Positions 12,822-22,981 are shown, counted from the first letter of the stretch. The stretch: 64,000 nucleotides of DNA from an uncultured Gemmatimonadales bacterium (GCA_963809895.1 CAWELD010000003.1:320001-384000), one strand, 5' to 3'. The notes: generated by a model not told the origin, from the letters alone. A program made the numbers and translations.

Positions 12822-13404
12822 GTTGCGTCCCGATCCCATCCGTATCGACGTGGGCGCCCTGGTGCAGCGATCGGTGGCGTCGCTGTACGCGCACCTGGTC
12901 ACGCGCCCCACGGGGCGGGCCGTGCGTCTGGCCATCGAGAGTCAGCTCGCCGAGGCCGGCGACCCGGCGGTCTCGCTCATCGACCTGTCCGAGGTGACGA
13001 TCCTGGATTTCTCCTGTGCCGACGAGGTGGTGGCGAAGCTGCTGCAGCGCTATCTGGAGTCGGATCGCCCGCGCGAGGCGTTCTTCGTGTTCCGGGGGGT
13101 TCAGGCCCGGCACCGGGATCCCATGGAGGCGGTGTTGGAGCGGCAGTCATTGGCGGCAGTGGCCCAGCGCGAGGACGGGATCTTCGAGCTCATGGGGGCG
13201 CGCTCACCCGCGGAGCACCGGGTGTGGATGGAGGTGGAGGCCAGCGGGCGCATGGGCGGCGATCGGCTGCGTGCCTTGCCGCAGGAGTCCGAAGACCGCG
13301 TCGCCTTCGACCAGCTGGTCGCGCGCCGTCTGGTCTTTTCCACTCCCGGGTCCGGAGATCTGGTGGCGCTCAGCCGGCTGGTGCGGGGGCTGGTGCCCCA
13401 GTAG
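12814..13404 (+). CDS. STAS-like (DUF4325-like) protein with possible C-terminal winged helix
   Basis: LVTRPTGRAVR...LIDLSEVTILDFSCADEVVAKLL; overlaps the upstream gene. Confidence 0.6.
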   Translation: MPELRPDPIRIDVGALVQRSVASLYAHLVTRPTGRAVRLAIESQLAEAGDPAVSLIDLSEVTILDFSCADEVVAKLLQRYLESDRPREAFFVFRGVQARHRDPMEAVLERQSLAAVAQREDGIFELMGARSPAEHRVWMEVEASGRMGGDRLRALPQESEDRVAFDQLVARRLVFSTPGSGDLVALSRLVRGLVPQ

Positions 13405-13515
13405 AGGGGCGAGCCAGGGTCGGCGGGCACCGGGGTAGCCCACCACGGGACCGCCCGGTAGCTTGCGCTCGAGGGCCCCTAAGGGCCGCGTCGCACCCAC
13501 CTCCCCGACCTGACC

Positions 13516-14700
13516 ATGTCGCTACGATCACGAGCCCGCAGCCCGCGCCTGGGCCTCTCCACGCTGGGTATCCACGGAGGGGCCGACGTGCCGGAGCCGG
13601 GCGATCCGGTGGTGCCACCCATCGTGCAGAGCGCCACCTTCATGGGTGGGCGCCCGGGCGAAGAGCTGCTCTACAGCCGTTACGGCAACAACCCGCTCCA
13701 GCTCCTGGTGGGCCGCAAGATCGCCGAGCTCGAGGGTGCCGAGGAGGGATTGGTCCTGGGTAGCGGGATGGCGGCGATCGCCATGACGCTGCTGGCGATG
13801 ACCCGGGCCGGCGACCACGTGGTCGCCTCCAAGCACCTCTACGGCGCGACGCTTCAACTGCTGTCGGAGGAGCTGCCCCGGCGGGGCGTCGAGACCACCC
13901 TCGTCGATCCCTCGTCGGGCCGCACCTGGCGGCAGGCGCTTCGCAAGGAGACGCGCCTCCTCTACACCGAGGTCCCCACGAATCCCACGCTCAGGGTGTT
14001 CGATCCGGGCCCGCTCACGGACCTGGCCCACGACACGGGACTCCCCCTGGTGATGGACGCGACCTTCGCCACCCCCGTGAACCTGCGGCCCCTGGCGCTC
14101 GGGGTCGACGTGGTCATCCACTCCGCCACCAAGTACCTCGGCGGTCACTCGGACATCGTGGCGGGCGCCGTGGCCGGGCCCCGGAGCGTGGTGGGCGAGA
14201 TCGCGGACACCATGAAGCTCTACGGTCCCGCCGCGGATCCCCACATGGTCTGGCTGTTGGACCGGGGCCTGCGCACGCTGGACGTGCGCGTGCGGCGCCA
14301 GAACCAGACGGCGCTGGCGTTGGGCCGTTGGCTCGAGGGGCGCGACGAGGTGGAGCGCGTCCTGTACCCGGGTCTGGCCAGCCATCCCGACCACGCCGTG
14401 GCCGTCGAGCTGTTCCGGGAAGGCGCCGGCTACGGGGGCATGCTCTCGTTCGTGCTGGCCGGGGGCGGGCGGGCAGCGGACCGGTTCGTGGACCTCCTGG
14501 AGCTGGTGAAGGTGGCGCCCTCGCTGGGAGGGGTGGAGACGCTCGTCTCCCAGCCACGCTACACGTCGCATCGGGCGCTCACCGCGGTGGAGCGTCAGGC
14601 CCTGGGTATCCCCGACGGCTTCCTGCGCCTCTCCGTGGGGCTGGAGGACGAAGCCGACCTGAGGGCCGACCTGGAGCAGGCTCTCGACGGGATCGCCTGA
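13516..14700 (+). CDS. Cys/Met metabolism PLP-dependent enzyme (cystathionine/methionine gamma-lyase family)
   Basis: YSRYGNNP, SGMAAI, EVPTNP, HSATKYLGGHSD, SLGGVETL, LRLSVGLED. Confidence 0.92.
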   Translation: MSLRSRARSPRLGLSTLGIHGGADVPEPGDPVVPPIVQSATFMGGRPGEELLYSRYGNNPLQLLVGRKIAELEGAEEGLVLGSGMAAIAMTLLAMTRAGDHVVASKHLYGATLQLLSEELPRRGVETTLVDPSSGRTWRQALRKETRLLYTEVPTNPTLRVFDPGPLTDLAHDTGLPLVMDATFATPVNLRPLALGVDVVIHSATKYLGGHSDIVAGAVAGPRSVVGEIADTMKLYGPAADPHMVWLLDRGLRTLDVRVRRQNQTALALGRWLEGRDEVERVLYPGLASHPDHAVAVELFREGAGYGGMLSFVLAGGGRAADRFVDLLELVKVAPSLGGVETLVSQPRYTSHRALTAVERQALGIPDGFLRLSVGLEDEADLRADLEQALDGIA

Positions 14701-14701
14701 C

Positions 14702-17062
14702 GTGTCGCTTCGCCGTCTGGGATGGTTCGTCCTGGGCGTCTTCCTGGTGCTCGGGATCGGGGCGGGCGCGGTGCTGCAGAGGCTGCGGCGGGGTCCGGGG
14801 CTGCCTGGGAGCGCGGTGGATCTGCCCGGACTGTCGGCACCGGCCGAGGTGCTCTGGGACTCGTTGGCCATCCCCCAGGTGTACGCCGCCTCGGTGGAGG
14901 ACGCGTTCCGCGTGCAGGGTTGGCTGCACGGCCGCGATCGCCTCTGGCAGGTGGAGATGTTCCGGCGGGTGTCCCACGGTACGCTCTCCGAGCTCTTCGG
15001 CGAGGCGACGCTGGCCAGCGATCGCTTTCTGCGCACCCTGGACCTCGGGGGTGCGGCGGAGCGAACGGCGGATGCCCTGGATCCCGAGACCCGGCGGCTG
15101 GTGCAGGCGTACGTCGACGGGCTCAACGCCGCCGTGGACGGATGGTCGGGGCCCTTGCCCCCGGAATTCGTGGTCCTGGGTGCCGAGGCCGAGCACTTCA
15201 CCGTCCGGGACGCTCTGGCCCTGGAGAAGATCATGGCCTGGGACCTGGCCGCCTACGAGCTCACGCTGGACCTCACGGAGGCCTTCCGGGAGCTCGGCCC
15301 CGAAGGCTTCGAGGCCGTGCGCCCCTACCAACCTTCCGACGGCGTGACGATCCTGGGCGACGCGTACAGCGCGGCGGGATCGGAGGCTGCAGGCTCCCGG
15401 AGCCCCTCGGCGGTCGCGGCGGTGGTGCCGTCAGCGGCGCTGGCGGCGGCCGCCCGCGTGCCCCGCGTTGCCGCCGCGCTGCTCGACGCGGGCAGCATGG
15501 TGAGGGCGTCCAACGCCTGGGTGGTGGGCCCCGAGCGGAGCCGGTCGGGCAAGCCGCTCCTGGCCAACGACATGCACCTGACGCTGCGACAGCCGACGCT
15601 CTTCTATCTCGTGGGCCTGCACGCACCGGGGATGGACGTGGTGGGGATGAGCCTTCCGGGCACACCCGGGGTGGTTGCGGGCCACACGGGTGGCGTGGCC
15701 TGGGGCTACACCAACGCCTACGTGGACGACACCGACCTGTTCGTGGAGAAGGTCGATCCCGCCGATACCATGCGCTATCTGACGCCGACGGGCAGCGCGC
15801 CGTTCCGGCGCCGGGTCGAGGTGATCCCGGTGCGCGGAGGGAGCCCCGATACCATGGTGGTACGGGAGACGCGGCACGGCCCGGTAATCACGCCGGTGGA
15901 GTCCCGGGCCGGTGGGGAGTTGCTGGCGCTGCGCTGGATCGCCCTGGATGCGTCGACCTCGCCCGCGGGCATCATCCGCATGAACCGGTCCTCTACCGTG
16001 GCGCAGCTCCTCGAGGGGGTGGCGCTCTTCTCGGATCCCCACCAGAACGTGGTGTTCGCCGACACCGCCGGCGCGTGGGGCTACTGGATGGCCGGTCGGG
16101 TTCCCCGGCGGCCCGACACGCTGCCCCCGCTCCTGCCGGTTGCGGGCTGGACCGGAGCCCACGACTGGCAGGGCTACCTGCCGTTCGAGGAGCATCCGCA
16201 CGCCCTCGAGCCGGCGGCGGGATTCGTGGCCACGGCCAACAACCGCCAATCCCGGGCGCCGGTCTCGGACCGCATCTCCAACGGCGCGTGGGCGGCGCCC
16301 TGGCGTGCGCAGCGGATCACCGAGCTGCTGGAGGCGCGCCGGGATCACGACGCAGCCTCCATGACCGCCATCCAACTCGACGTGGAGAGCGTGTGGGTGC
16401 GGCGCCACCGGGGGGCGGCGGTGGAGGCCTTTCGAGCCGCGGGGTTGGACGGCGAGGCCGACGCCCTGGAGCGCTGGGACGGGCGCGCGACGTTGGACAG
16501 CCACGTGGCGACCGCCTTCTATCTGTGGATGGCTTCGCTGCGCCGGCTGCGTGCGCGAGCGCTCTACGGGCGCGACGGGGGCTATTTCCCGTGGGATGCC
16601 CTGGAGCGTGAATTGGTCCGGGGGCAGGTGCCTGTCGAGGACGCCGTCGCCGCCGCCCACGAGGCGGCCGCGGCCGGTGACCTGGCGTGGGGCGAGGCGC
16701 ACACGCTGACGCTGGACCATCCGCTGGCGTCGGTGCCGGTGCTGCGAGCCCTCTTCGGTTTCGGTCGGCGTGGAATCCCCAGGGCCGGTGGGCCGTATAC
16801 GGTAAGCGTGGCGGACTTCTCCGGCAGCGAGCCTCCGCTGGTGGTCACGCACGGCCCCAGCGAGCGACACGTGGTCGACCTGGCGGATCCCGACGGACCC
16901 GGGGGCTTCATCCTGCCGGGAGGGGAGTCGGGATTTCCGGGCGATCCCCACGGCATGGACCAGTTTCCGCGCTGGCAGCGCGGAGCCCTGGTACCCGTGC
17001 CCGTGGATCGCGGCGCCGCCGAGGCCCGGACGGTGTCGAGGATTCGGCTACGACCGGGCTGA
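14702..17062 (+). CDS. Penicillin acylase family (S45) Ntn hydrolase, membrane-anchored
   Basis: N-terminal TM; DRLWQVE; nucleophile motif ASNAWVV...SGKPLLANDMHL; TRHGPV; ATANN. Confidence 0.93.
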   Translation: MSLRRLGWFVLGVFLVLGIGAGAVLQRLRRGPGLPGSAVDLPGLSAPAEVLWDSLAIPQVYAASVEDAFRVQGWLHGRDRLWQVEMFRRVSHGTLSELFGEATLASDRFLRTLDLGGAAERTADALDPETRRLVQAYVDGLNAAVDGWSGPLPPEFVVLGAEAEHFTVRDALALEKIMAWDLAAYELTLDLTEAFRELGPEGFEAVRPYQPSDGVTILGDAYSAAGSEAAGSRSPSAVAAVVPSAALAAAARVPRVAAALLDAGSMVRASNAWVVGPERSRSGKPLLANDMHLTLRQPTLFYLVGLHAPGMDVVGMSLPGTPGVVAGHTGGVAWGYTNAYVDDTDLFVEKVDPADTMRYLTPTGSAPFRRRVEVIPVRGGSPDTMVVRETRHGPVITPVESRAGGELLALRWIALDASTSPAGIIRMNRSSTVAQLLEGVALFSDPHQNVVFADTAGAWGYWMAGRVPRRPDTLPPLLPVAGWTGAHDWQGYLPFEEHPHALEPAAGFVATANNRQSRAPVSDRISNGAWAAPWRAQRITELLEARRDHDAASMTAIQLDVESVWVRRHRGAAVEAFRAAGLDGEADALERWDGRATLDSHVATAFYLWMASLRRLRARALYGRDGGYFPWDALERELVRGQVPVEDAVAAAHEAAAAGDLAWGEAHTLTLDHPLASVPVLRALFGFGRRGIPRAGGPYTVSVADFSGSEPPLVVTHGPSERHVVDLADPDGPGGFILPGGESGFPGDPHGMDQFPRWQRGALVPVPVDRGAAEARTVSRIRLRPG

Positions 17063-17152
17063 GCGGCACCCGCCACCCCCTTTCGTGGTACGATCTCTCT
17101 GGTGACCCGACGGACACCCGGCCCCCGGGCCGGACAACAACGAATCGACATC

Positions 17153-18583
17153 ATGCGCGCACCATTTCTTCGCCGACCGGTCGTGCGGGCCGCTCTCTTC
17201 GTGGTGGTGGCCCTCCTGGCCTCTACCGTGGACCTGGCGGCCCAGACGGTCCAGGGCTCCCTGGTCGAATCCGACGACGGCGCGCCCATCAACGGCGCCA
17301 CCGTCATCCTCCTGGATCAGGGGGGCACCGAGGTGGGGCGGGGAAGCACGGACGCCCAGGGTGCCTTCCAGCTCCAGGCACCGGCGGCGGGGATCTACAT
17401 GGTGATGGTGGAGCGCGAGGGGTACGCCAATCACCTGACCGACACCTTCGCCCTGGCCGCCGACGAGACCTATCCGCTGGACCTGACGCTTCGTAGCCAG
17501 CACGTGGGGGAGACGGGTCTGTCGGCCATGGACACGCTGGAAGGAGCCGCCCTGGTGGCCGCGGCCATCTCCAACGCCTGCAGAGACGAGTTCGTCCCGG
17601 GGCTCCACGGGATCGCCTTCGGGATCATCCGGGACGAGGAGAGCGGGGATCCCATTCCCGGCGCGGCGGCGCGACTGCGCTGGAAGCCCGCCGACGGGCC
17701 GGGCGTGAGCCGTCAGGAGCGTACCACCCGCACCGACGAGGTGGGCGCCTACCTGGTGTGCGACCTTCCGGCGGGCCGCGACGTGGAGGTCACGCCCACC
17801 ATCGACGGGATCGATGGGGACGACGTCACCTTCCGCGTGCGCGCCGGCACCATGAGCAAGCACGACCTGACGATCCCGCTGTCGAATCCCGATCAGCCCG
17901 GCAACATCCTGGGTCACGTCACCGACAACAGCACGGGGCAGCCGCTGGCGGGAGCCACCATCCGGCTGCGCGATGCGGGGCGCAGCACCGTGACCAACTC
18001 CCGCGGCGTCTTCATCCTGGGCAACCTGCCCGCTGGGTTGGACGTGGTGGAGGTGGAGATGCTGGGCTACGCCGACCACGAGACGCCGGTTCGGGTCGTG
18101 GGTGGACGGGCCCAGGACATGGAGGTTCGTCTCACCACGCGCCCGGTGGAGCTCCCGCCGATCGTGGTCACGGTCCGCCCCCGCACGTGGTTCAGCGATC
18201 GCTCGCAGCTCGAGAGCCGCATCGAGCTCGGCAACGGCATCTTCCTGACCCGACCGGAGCTGGAGAAGCGGTCTCCAGTGCTGCTGGGCGACGCGCTGCG
18301 CGGGCTGCCCGGGGTGCAGGTCATCGGCTCCGGCGGTGGTCTGACAGCCAAGTACACCGTGCAACTGCGGGGCGCGGCGAACCTGAATTCCGAGATCTGC
18401 CAGCCCATGGTCTGGGTCGACGGCGTAAAATGGGGCAACGACGGGTCCGCGTTCAACGAGGTCCAGGGCTGGGAGTTGGACGCAGTGGAGATCTACCGCG
18501 GGGCCTCGGAAGTGCCGGGGGAGTTCGCCGGCGGAGAGGCGCGCTGCGGCGTGATCGTGGTATGGACCCGGCGGGGGCGGTAG
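17153..18583 (+). CDS. Secreted carboxypeptidase-regulatory-like repeat protein with C-terminal TonB-plug-like domain, no barrel
   Basis: Signal peptide; three G.V.D..G.P..GA.V-type modules; C-terminal DALRGLPGV...CQPMVWVDG...AVEIYRG...CGVIVVWT. Confidence 0.75.
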   Translation: MRAPFLRRPVVRAALFVVVALLASTVDLAAQTVQGSLVESDDGAPINGATVILLDQGGTEVGRGSTDAQGAFQLQAPAAGIYMVMVEREGYANHLTDTFALAADETYPLDLTLRSQHVGETGLSAMDTLEGAALVAAAISNACRDEFVPGLHGIAFGIIRDEESGDPIPGAAARLRWKPADGPGVSRQERTTRTDEVGAYLVCDLPAGRDVEVTPTIDGIDGDDVTFRVRAGTMSKHDLTIPLSNPDQPGNILGHVTDNSTGQPLAGATIRLRDAGRSTVTNSRGVFILGNLPAGLDVVEVEMLGYADHETPVRVVGGRAQDMEVRLTTRPVELPPIVVTVRPRTWFSDRSQLESRIELGNGIFLTRPELEKRSPVLLGDALRGLPGVQVIGSGGGLTAKYTVQLRGAANLNSEICQPMVWVDGVKWGNDGSAFNEVQGWELDAVEIYRGASEVPGEFAGGEARCGVIVVWTRRGR

Positions 18584-18704
18584 CCGGCCCGGATTTTTCG
18601 CCGCGCTGGAATCTCCGGGCACTTCGCTCGTATACTACGCTCGGAGGCCCGCCAGGGGCTCCCCGCCGCATGGCGGTTACGCACCCTCCCGCCGGAGAGC
18701 GTCC

Positions 18705-20048
18705 ATGCGCCTGCGCTCCACCCTGGCCCTGCCTGCCGTCGCGACGCTGCTGACGGCTCACCCCCTGTGCGCTCAGGCGGTGGTGGGGCGTGTCACGGCC
18801 CGGACGAGCCACCGCCCCCTCTCCGGCGTGCCCGTGGTGCTCGTCACCACCGATCTGGACACGGTGGTGTCGGTCCGATCGGATCCCGATGGACGCTACG
18901 TGCTCCGTCCTGGCCGCGCGGGCACGTTCCTGGTGGTGGTGGACGAGCCCGGCTTCGCTGCCCACCTGTCCAATCCCGTCGAGCTCAGGGCGGCGGAGCT
19001 CTACGACCACCCCGTGAGCCTGGCGCGGCTGACGGCGCCGTCGGCCGCGGAGCCGGAGCTTCAGTTGAGGGCCGTGGACGTGGCGCGGGCATGCGGCCGT
19101 GCCTTCGACCCCGACCGACACGGAATCGTGGTCGGCCAGGTCCACGACCCGGGCACCGGCACGAGCCTCACCGACGTCTGGGTGTCGGCCAGGAAGACCG
19201 GCGCCTCACGCCCGTGGGAAGCCCAGACCGGCGCCGACGGCCTCTATCTCCTGTGTGACCTTCCCGACGGTGCCGACGTGCGGCTGGCAGCGGCCGGTGG
19301 CGGCGTGAGCGGGCCCGGGCGTCAGGTGACGATCGCCGCCGGAACGGTCCGTCGGCTCGACCTCGAGCTGCCTCTGGCAGAGCCGGGCATGGGCAAGATC
19401 CTGGGCCGGGTGGTGGATGTCCTGTCGGGCCAGGCGGTGGACGGGGCGGAGATCCACGTTCGCGAGACGGGTCAGTGGGTGCTCACAGACCGTAACGGCA
19501 ACTTCGCCCTGGACTCGGTGGCAGCCGGCCTGCACCGCATCCAGGTCAAGCGCATCGGGTACGCCACGCGTGAGGTGACCTTTCGGGTGGAGCCCGGAGG
19601 TGCCCACGGCCTGCGCGTGCCCATGTCCACCGAGGCCATCGCCCTGGACCCCGTGGTGGTGACGGTCCGCTCGCCGCGCTGGGCACGGGAGATGCGCAGC
19701 CTGCAGCACAGGATGCGGACCACGGGGGGTGCGTTCTTCGCCCGCGAGGAGCTGGAGCGGCTGGCACCGCGCTCGCTCCTCGACCTGGTGCGCGACGTGC
19801 CGGGCATCACCCTGATCGCCGCCGATCTGCGCCAGCCGCCCCTGCTGCGCATTCGAGGCCGGCGGTGCCGGCCCGAGCTGGTCGTGGACCGCGTACTGCG
19901 TCGGGACGCCGCGCCCTGGACCTTCCTCCGTACCGTGGACATGGAGGCGGTGGAGGTCTACCGGGGCGCGGCGGAGAATCCCGGGGCCTACGGCACGGGC
20001 GGCGCCTGCGGGGCGGTCCTGGTCTGGACCCGGGCCGGCTGGAGCTGA
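18705..20048 (+). CDS. Paralogous carboxypeptidase-regulatory-like repeat / plug-like protein
   Basis: Same architecture as the upstream gene: YLLCDLP, DLVRDVPGI, CRPELVVD, AVEVYRG, CGAVLVWT. Confidence 0.75.
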   Translation: MRLRSTLALPAVATLLTAHPLCAQAVVGRVTARTSHRPLSGVPVVLVTTDLDTVVSVRSDPDGRYVLRPGRAGTFLVVVDEPGFAAHLSNPVELRAAELYDHPVSLARLTAPSAAEPELQLRAVDVARACGRAFDPDRHGIVVGQVHDPGTGTSLTDVWVSARKTGASRPWEAQTGADGLYLLCDLPDGADVRLAAAGGGVSGPGRQVTIAAGTVRRLDLELPLAEPGMGKILGRVVDVLSGQAVDGAEIHVRETGQWVLTDRNGNFALDSVAAGLHRIQVKRIGYATREVTFRVEPGGAHGLRVPMSTEAIALDPVVVTVRSPRWAREMRSLQHRMRTTGGAFFAREELERLAPRSLLDLVRDVPGITLIAADLRQPPLLRIRGRRCRPELVVDRVLRRDAAPWTFLRTVDMEAVEVYRGAAENPGAYGTGGACGAVLVWTRAGWS

Positions 20049-20060
20049 GGCGCGCGCCTC

Positions 20061-21689
20061 CTACTCGCTGTCCATGTAGGGATAGCGGTAGTCCGTGGGC
20101 GGCACGAAGGTCTCCTTGATGCTCCGCGGGGTAACCCAGCGCAGCAGGTTCAGGACCGAGCCCGCCTTGTCGTTGGTGCCCGAGGCGCGGGAGCCCCCGA
20201 AAGGCTGCTGCCCGACGACCGCCCCCGTGGGCTTGTCGTTGACGTAGAAGTTACCGGCCGCGTGCCTCAGCGCGTCGGAGGCCTGCCGGATCACCTCACG
20301 GTCCCGGGCGAACACGGCCCCCGTGAGCGCGTAGGGCGAGCTCGTGTCCACCAGCTTCAGCGTCTCGTCCCAGGCATCGTCCGGATACACGTGGATGGTC
20401 ATGACCGGCCCGAAGATCTCCTCGCACATGGTCTCGTAGCGGGGATCGTGGCTCAGGATGATCGTGGGGCGGATGAACCATCCCTTGCTGTCGTCGTAGT
20501 CTCCGCCGGCGATGACCTCCACGTCGTCCGCTGCGCGTGCGCGGTCGATGTAGGCGGAGATCTTCCTGAACGCCTTCTCGTCGATGACGGCGCCCATGAA
20601 GTTGTGGTGGTCCGTGGGGTCACCCATGGCAATGCCGTCGGTGTCCGCCACCAGATCGTCGCGAATGGCCGACCACAGGCTCTCGGGCACGTAGGCCCGC
20701 GACGCCGCCGAGCACTTCTGGCCCTGGTACTCGAAAGCGCCCCGCACGATGGCCGTGCGTACCGCGTCGGCGTCGGCGCTGGCGTGGGCCAGGATGAAGT
20801 CCTTGCCGCCGGTCTCACCGACGATGCGGGGGTACGACTTGTAGCCGGCGATGTTCTTGCCGATCCGCTCCCAGAACATCTGGAACACGGCGGTGGAGCC
20901 GGTGAAGTGGAGGCCGGCGAAGGCCGGGTCGGCCAGGAGCGCGTCGGTGATCTCTCGGGAATCCCCGGGAATGAAGTTGATGACGCCTCCGGGGAGTCCG
21001 GCCTCCTCGAACACCTTCATGATGTAGTAGTTGCTCAGCAGCGCCGTGTGCGAGGGCTTCCAGAGCACCACGTTTCCCATGAGCGCGGGCGCGCCGGGGA
21101 GGTTGCCGCCGATGGAGGTGAAGTTGAAGGGGGACACAGCGTAGATGAAGCCTTCCAGCGGCCGATATTCGGACCGGTTCCACATCCCGGGGCTCGACAG
21201 CGGCTGCTCGGCGTAGATGCGCTCGGCGAAGGCGGCGTTGAATCGCCAGAAATCCACCAGCTCGCAGGCGCTGTCGATCTCCGCCTGATGCACGGTCTTG
21301 CTCTGGCCGAGCATGGTGGAGGCGTTGGCGGTGCTGCGCCACTTGCCGGCCAGCAGATCGGCGGCCCGGAGAAAGACCGAGGCCCGGTCCACCCAGGGCA
21401 TGCGGGACCAGGACTGCCACGCGTCCTGGCTTGCCTCGATGGCCCGAGCGACCTCGTCGGGACCGGCCATGTGATAGTGGGCCAGCACCTTCGCGTGGTC
21501 ATGCGGAGCCCGGACCTCGTGGGTCCGGCCGGTCCGGATCTCCTCGCCACCGATGACCAGCGGAATCTCCACGGGCTCGGCGGCCAGCTCGGCCACCTTG
21601 GCGTCGATCTCGGCGCGCTCGGGCGTCCCGGGGGCGTAGCTGAGTACCGGCTCGTTCACCGGCATCGGGATCTTGATGGAACCGTTCAT
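20061..21689 (-). CDS. pruA: L-glutamate gamma-semialdehyde (P5C) dehydrogenase
   Basis: Start re-set to ATG 21689; PVNEPVLSYAPG, SPFNF, FTGST, GETGGK, GQKCSA, EEIFGP, QPFGGSRASGTNDKAG. Confidence 0.96.
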   Translation of the reverse strand: MNGSIKIPMPVNEPVLSYAPGTPERAEIDAKVAELAAEPVEIPLVIGGEEIRTGRTHEVRAPHDHAKVLAHYHMAGPDEVARAIEASQDAWQSWSRMPWVDRASVFLRAADLLAGKWRSTANASTMLGQSKTVHQAEIDSACELVDFWRFNAAFAERIYAEQPLSSPGMWNRSEYRPLEGFIYAVSPFNFTSIGGNLPGAPALMGNVVLWKPSHTALLSNYYIMKVFEEAGLPGGVINFIPGDSREITDALLADPAFAGLHFTGSTAVFQMFWERIGKNIAGYKSYPRIVGETGGKDFILAHASADADAVRTAIVRGAFEYQGQKCSAASRAYVPESLWSAIRDDLVADTDGIAMGDPTDHHNFMGAVIDEKAFRKISAYIDRARAADDVEVIAGGDYDDSKGWFIRPTIILSHDPRYETMCEEIFGPVMTIHVYPDDAWDETLKLVDTSSPYALTGAVFARDREVIRQASDALRHAAGNFYVNDKPTGAVVGQQPFGGSRASGTNDKAGSVLNLLRWVTPRSIKETFVPPTDYRYPYMDSE

Positions 21690-21810
21690 GACCTGTCCGT
21701 GGTTTCGTGATTTCAGGAGTCTCTGCGCCCGCTGGCGAGCCCCGAAATCTGCCAACGCGCCAGGTGGCACGCAACCGCGTCGGCGCCCCTGGCACGGGGC
21801 CTCCTGGCGG

Positions 21811-21839
21811 TTGAAGGGGCTTCCCCTCGCCGGTACATT
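21811..21839 (+). promoter_or_regulatory. Candidate sigma70 promoter for mrp
   Basis: TTGAAG-N17-TACATT, ~40 nt upstream of ATG 21880. Confidence 0.55.
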
Positions 21840-21879
21840 CCGGAGCTTCCGACCCGTCCCCACACGATGTGACCTGCCC

Positions 21880-22980
21880 ATGGACAGTGAGACCCTCAAG
21901 CGAGCGGTCATGGCCGCCCTCTCCGACGTACGCCATCCCGCCACGGGCCAGGACGTCATCGCGTCGGGGCACGTGCAGAACCTGACCGTGGACGACGGTG
22001 GTGACGTGCGCTTCTCCTTCGGGCTGAAGACCGACGACCCGGGCCACCTGGTCAAGGAGGTGCGGGCCGCCGCCGAGGGCGTCGAGGGCGTCTCGGCGGT
22101 GAAGGTGAATGTGCAGCTCCCCAGCACGGGCCCCTCTCAGGGTGGGGCGCAGGCGGGCGGTGGCCTCAAGCCCGGCTCCGTTCCGGCGCCCACCCCGCGG
22201 CCCGGTCTGCTGCCCGCCGTCGACCACGTCCTGGCCGTGAGCTCGGGCAAGGGGGGGGTGGGCAAGTCCATGGTCGCGTCGAACCTCGCCGTCGCCATGG
22301 CGCGGCGGGGGCTCAGGGTGGGCCTCCTGGATGCCGACATCTACGGCCCCAACATTCCGCTCATGTTCGGCGAGACGCGGCGCCCGCGGGTGGCCGGCTC
22401 CAAGGGGCAGGAGCAGATCGAGCCCCTGGAATCCCACGGAGTCAAGCTCATGAGCCTGGGATTCCTGCTGGAGAAGGAGCAGCCCGCTATCATGCGCGGG
22501 CCCCTCATCTCCGGCATCCTCAAGCAGTTCCTGGAGCAGGTGGCCTGGGGGGAGCTGGACATCCTGGTGGTGGACATGCCGCCGGGTACCGGCGATGCCC
22601 AGCTGAGCCTGGTTCAGACCATCGACCTGGACGGTGCGTTGATGGTCACGACTCCGCAGGACGTCGCCACCGGCGACGTGCGTCGGGGCGTGCGCATGTT
22701 CGAGCGCGTCAACACGCGCATCCTGGGGCTGGTGGAGAACATGAGCGGGTTCACCTGCCCCTCGTGCGGCGAAGTGCACTACATCTTCGGCACCGAGGGC
22801 GGTCAGAAGCTGGCCGAGGAGCTGGAGATTCCGTTCCTGGGCCGCGTTCCCCTGGATACCGCCGTGCGGGAGGCCGGAGACCGGGGCGCCCCCACGGTGG
22901 CCTCCGCGCCAGACTCCGCGGCGGGGGCGGCGCTGGAGGCGGTAGCGGAGCGCGTGCTGGAGAGCCTCCGGAACGGCTGA
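21880..22980 (+). CDS. mrp: Mrp/ApbC Fe-S cluster carrier ATPase with N-terminal DUF59
   Basis: SSGKGGVGKS, DADIYGP, DMPPGTGD, VENMSGFTCPSC. Confidence 0.95.
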   Translation: MDSETLKRAVMAALSDVRHPATGQDVIASGHVQNLTVDDGGDVRFSFGLKTDDPGHLVKEVRAAAEGVEGVSAVKVNVQLPSTGPSQGGAQAGGGLKPGSVPAPTPRPGLLPAVDHVLAVSSGKGGVGKSMVASNLAVAMARRGLRVGLLDADIYGPNIPLMFGETRRPRVAGSKGQEQIEPLESHGVKLMSLGFLLEKEQPAIMRGPLISGILKQFLEQVAWGELDILVVDMPPGTGDAQLSLVQTIDLDGALMVTTPQDVATGDVRRGVRMFERVNTRILGLVENMSGFTCPSCGEVHYIFGTEGGQKLAEELEIPFLGRVPLDTAVREAGDRGAPTVASAPDSAAGAALEAVAERVLESLRNG

Positions 22981-22981
22981 C

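Noticed and set aside
13405..13515. SAM riboswitch/T-box before the Cys/Met PLP genes (also 36913-37091)
   Set aside because: No recognisable SAM-I or T-box consensus seen; an Rfam scan would be needed to exclude it fully.
18608..18636. GGAATC-N15-CGTA (and GAACC-N15-CGTA at 53451-53474) as ECF regulon sites
   Set aside because: The spacer is 2 nt shorter than at the four matched sites, and CGTA overlaps TATACT/TACCAT, better read as sigma70 -10 boxes.
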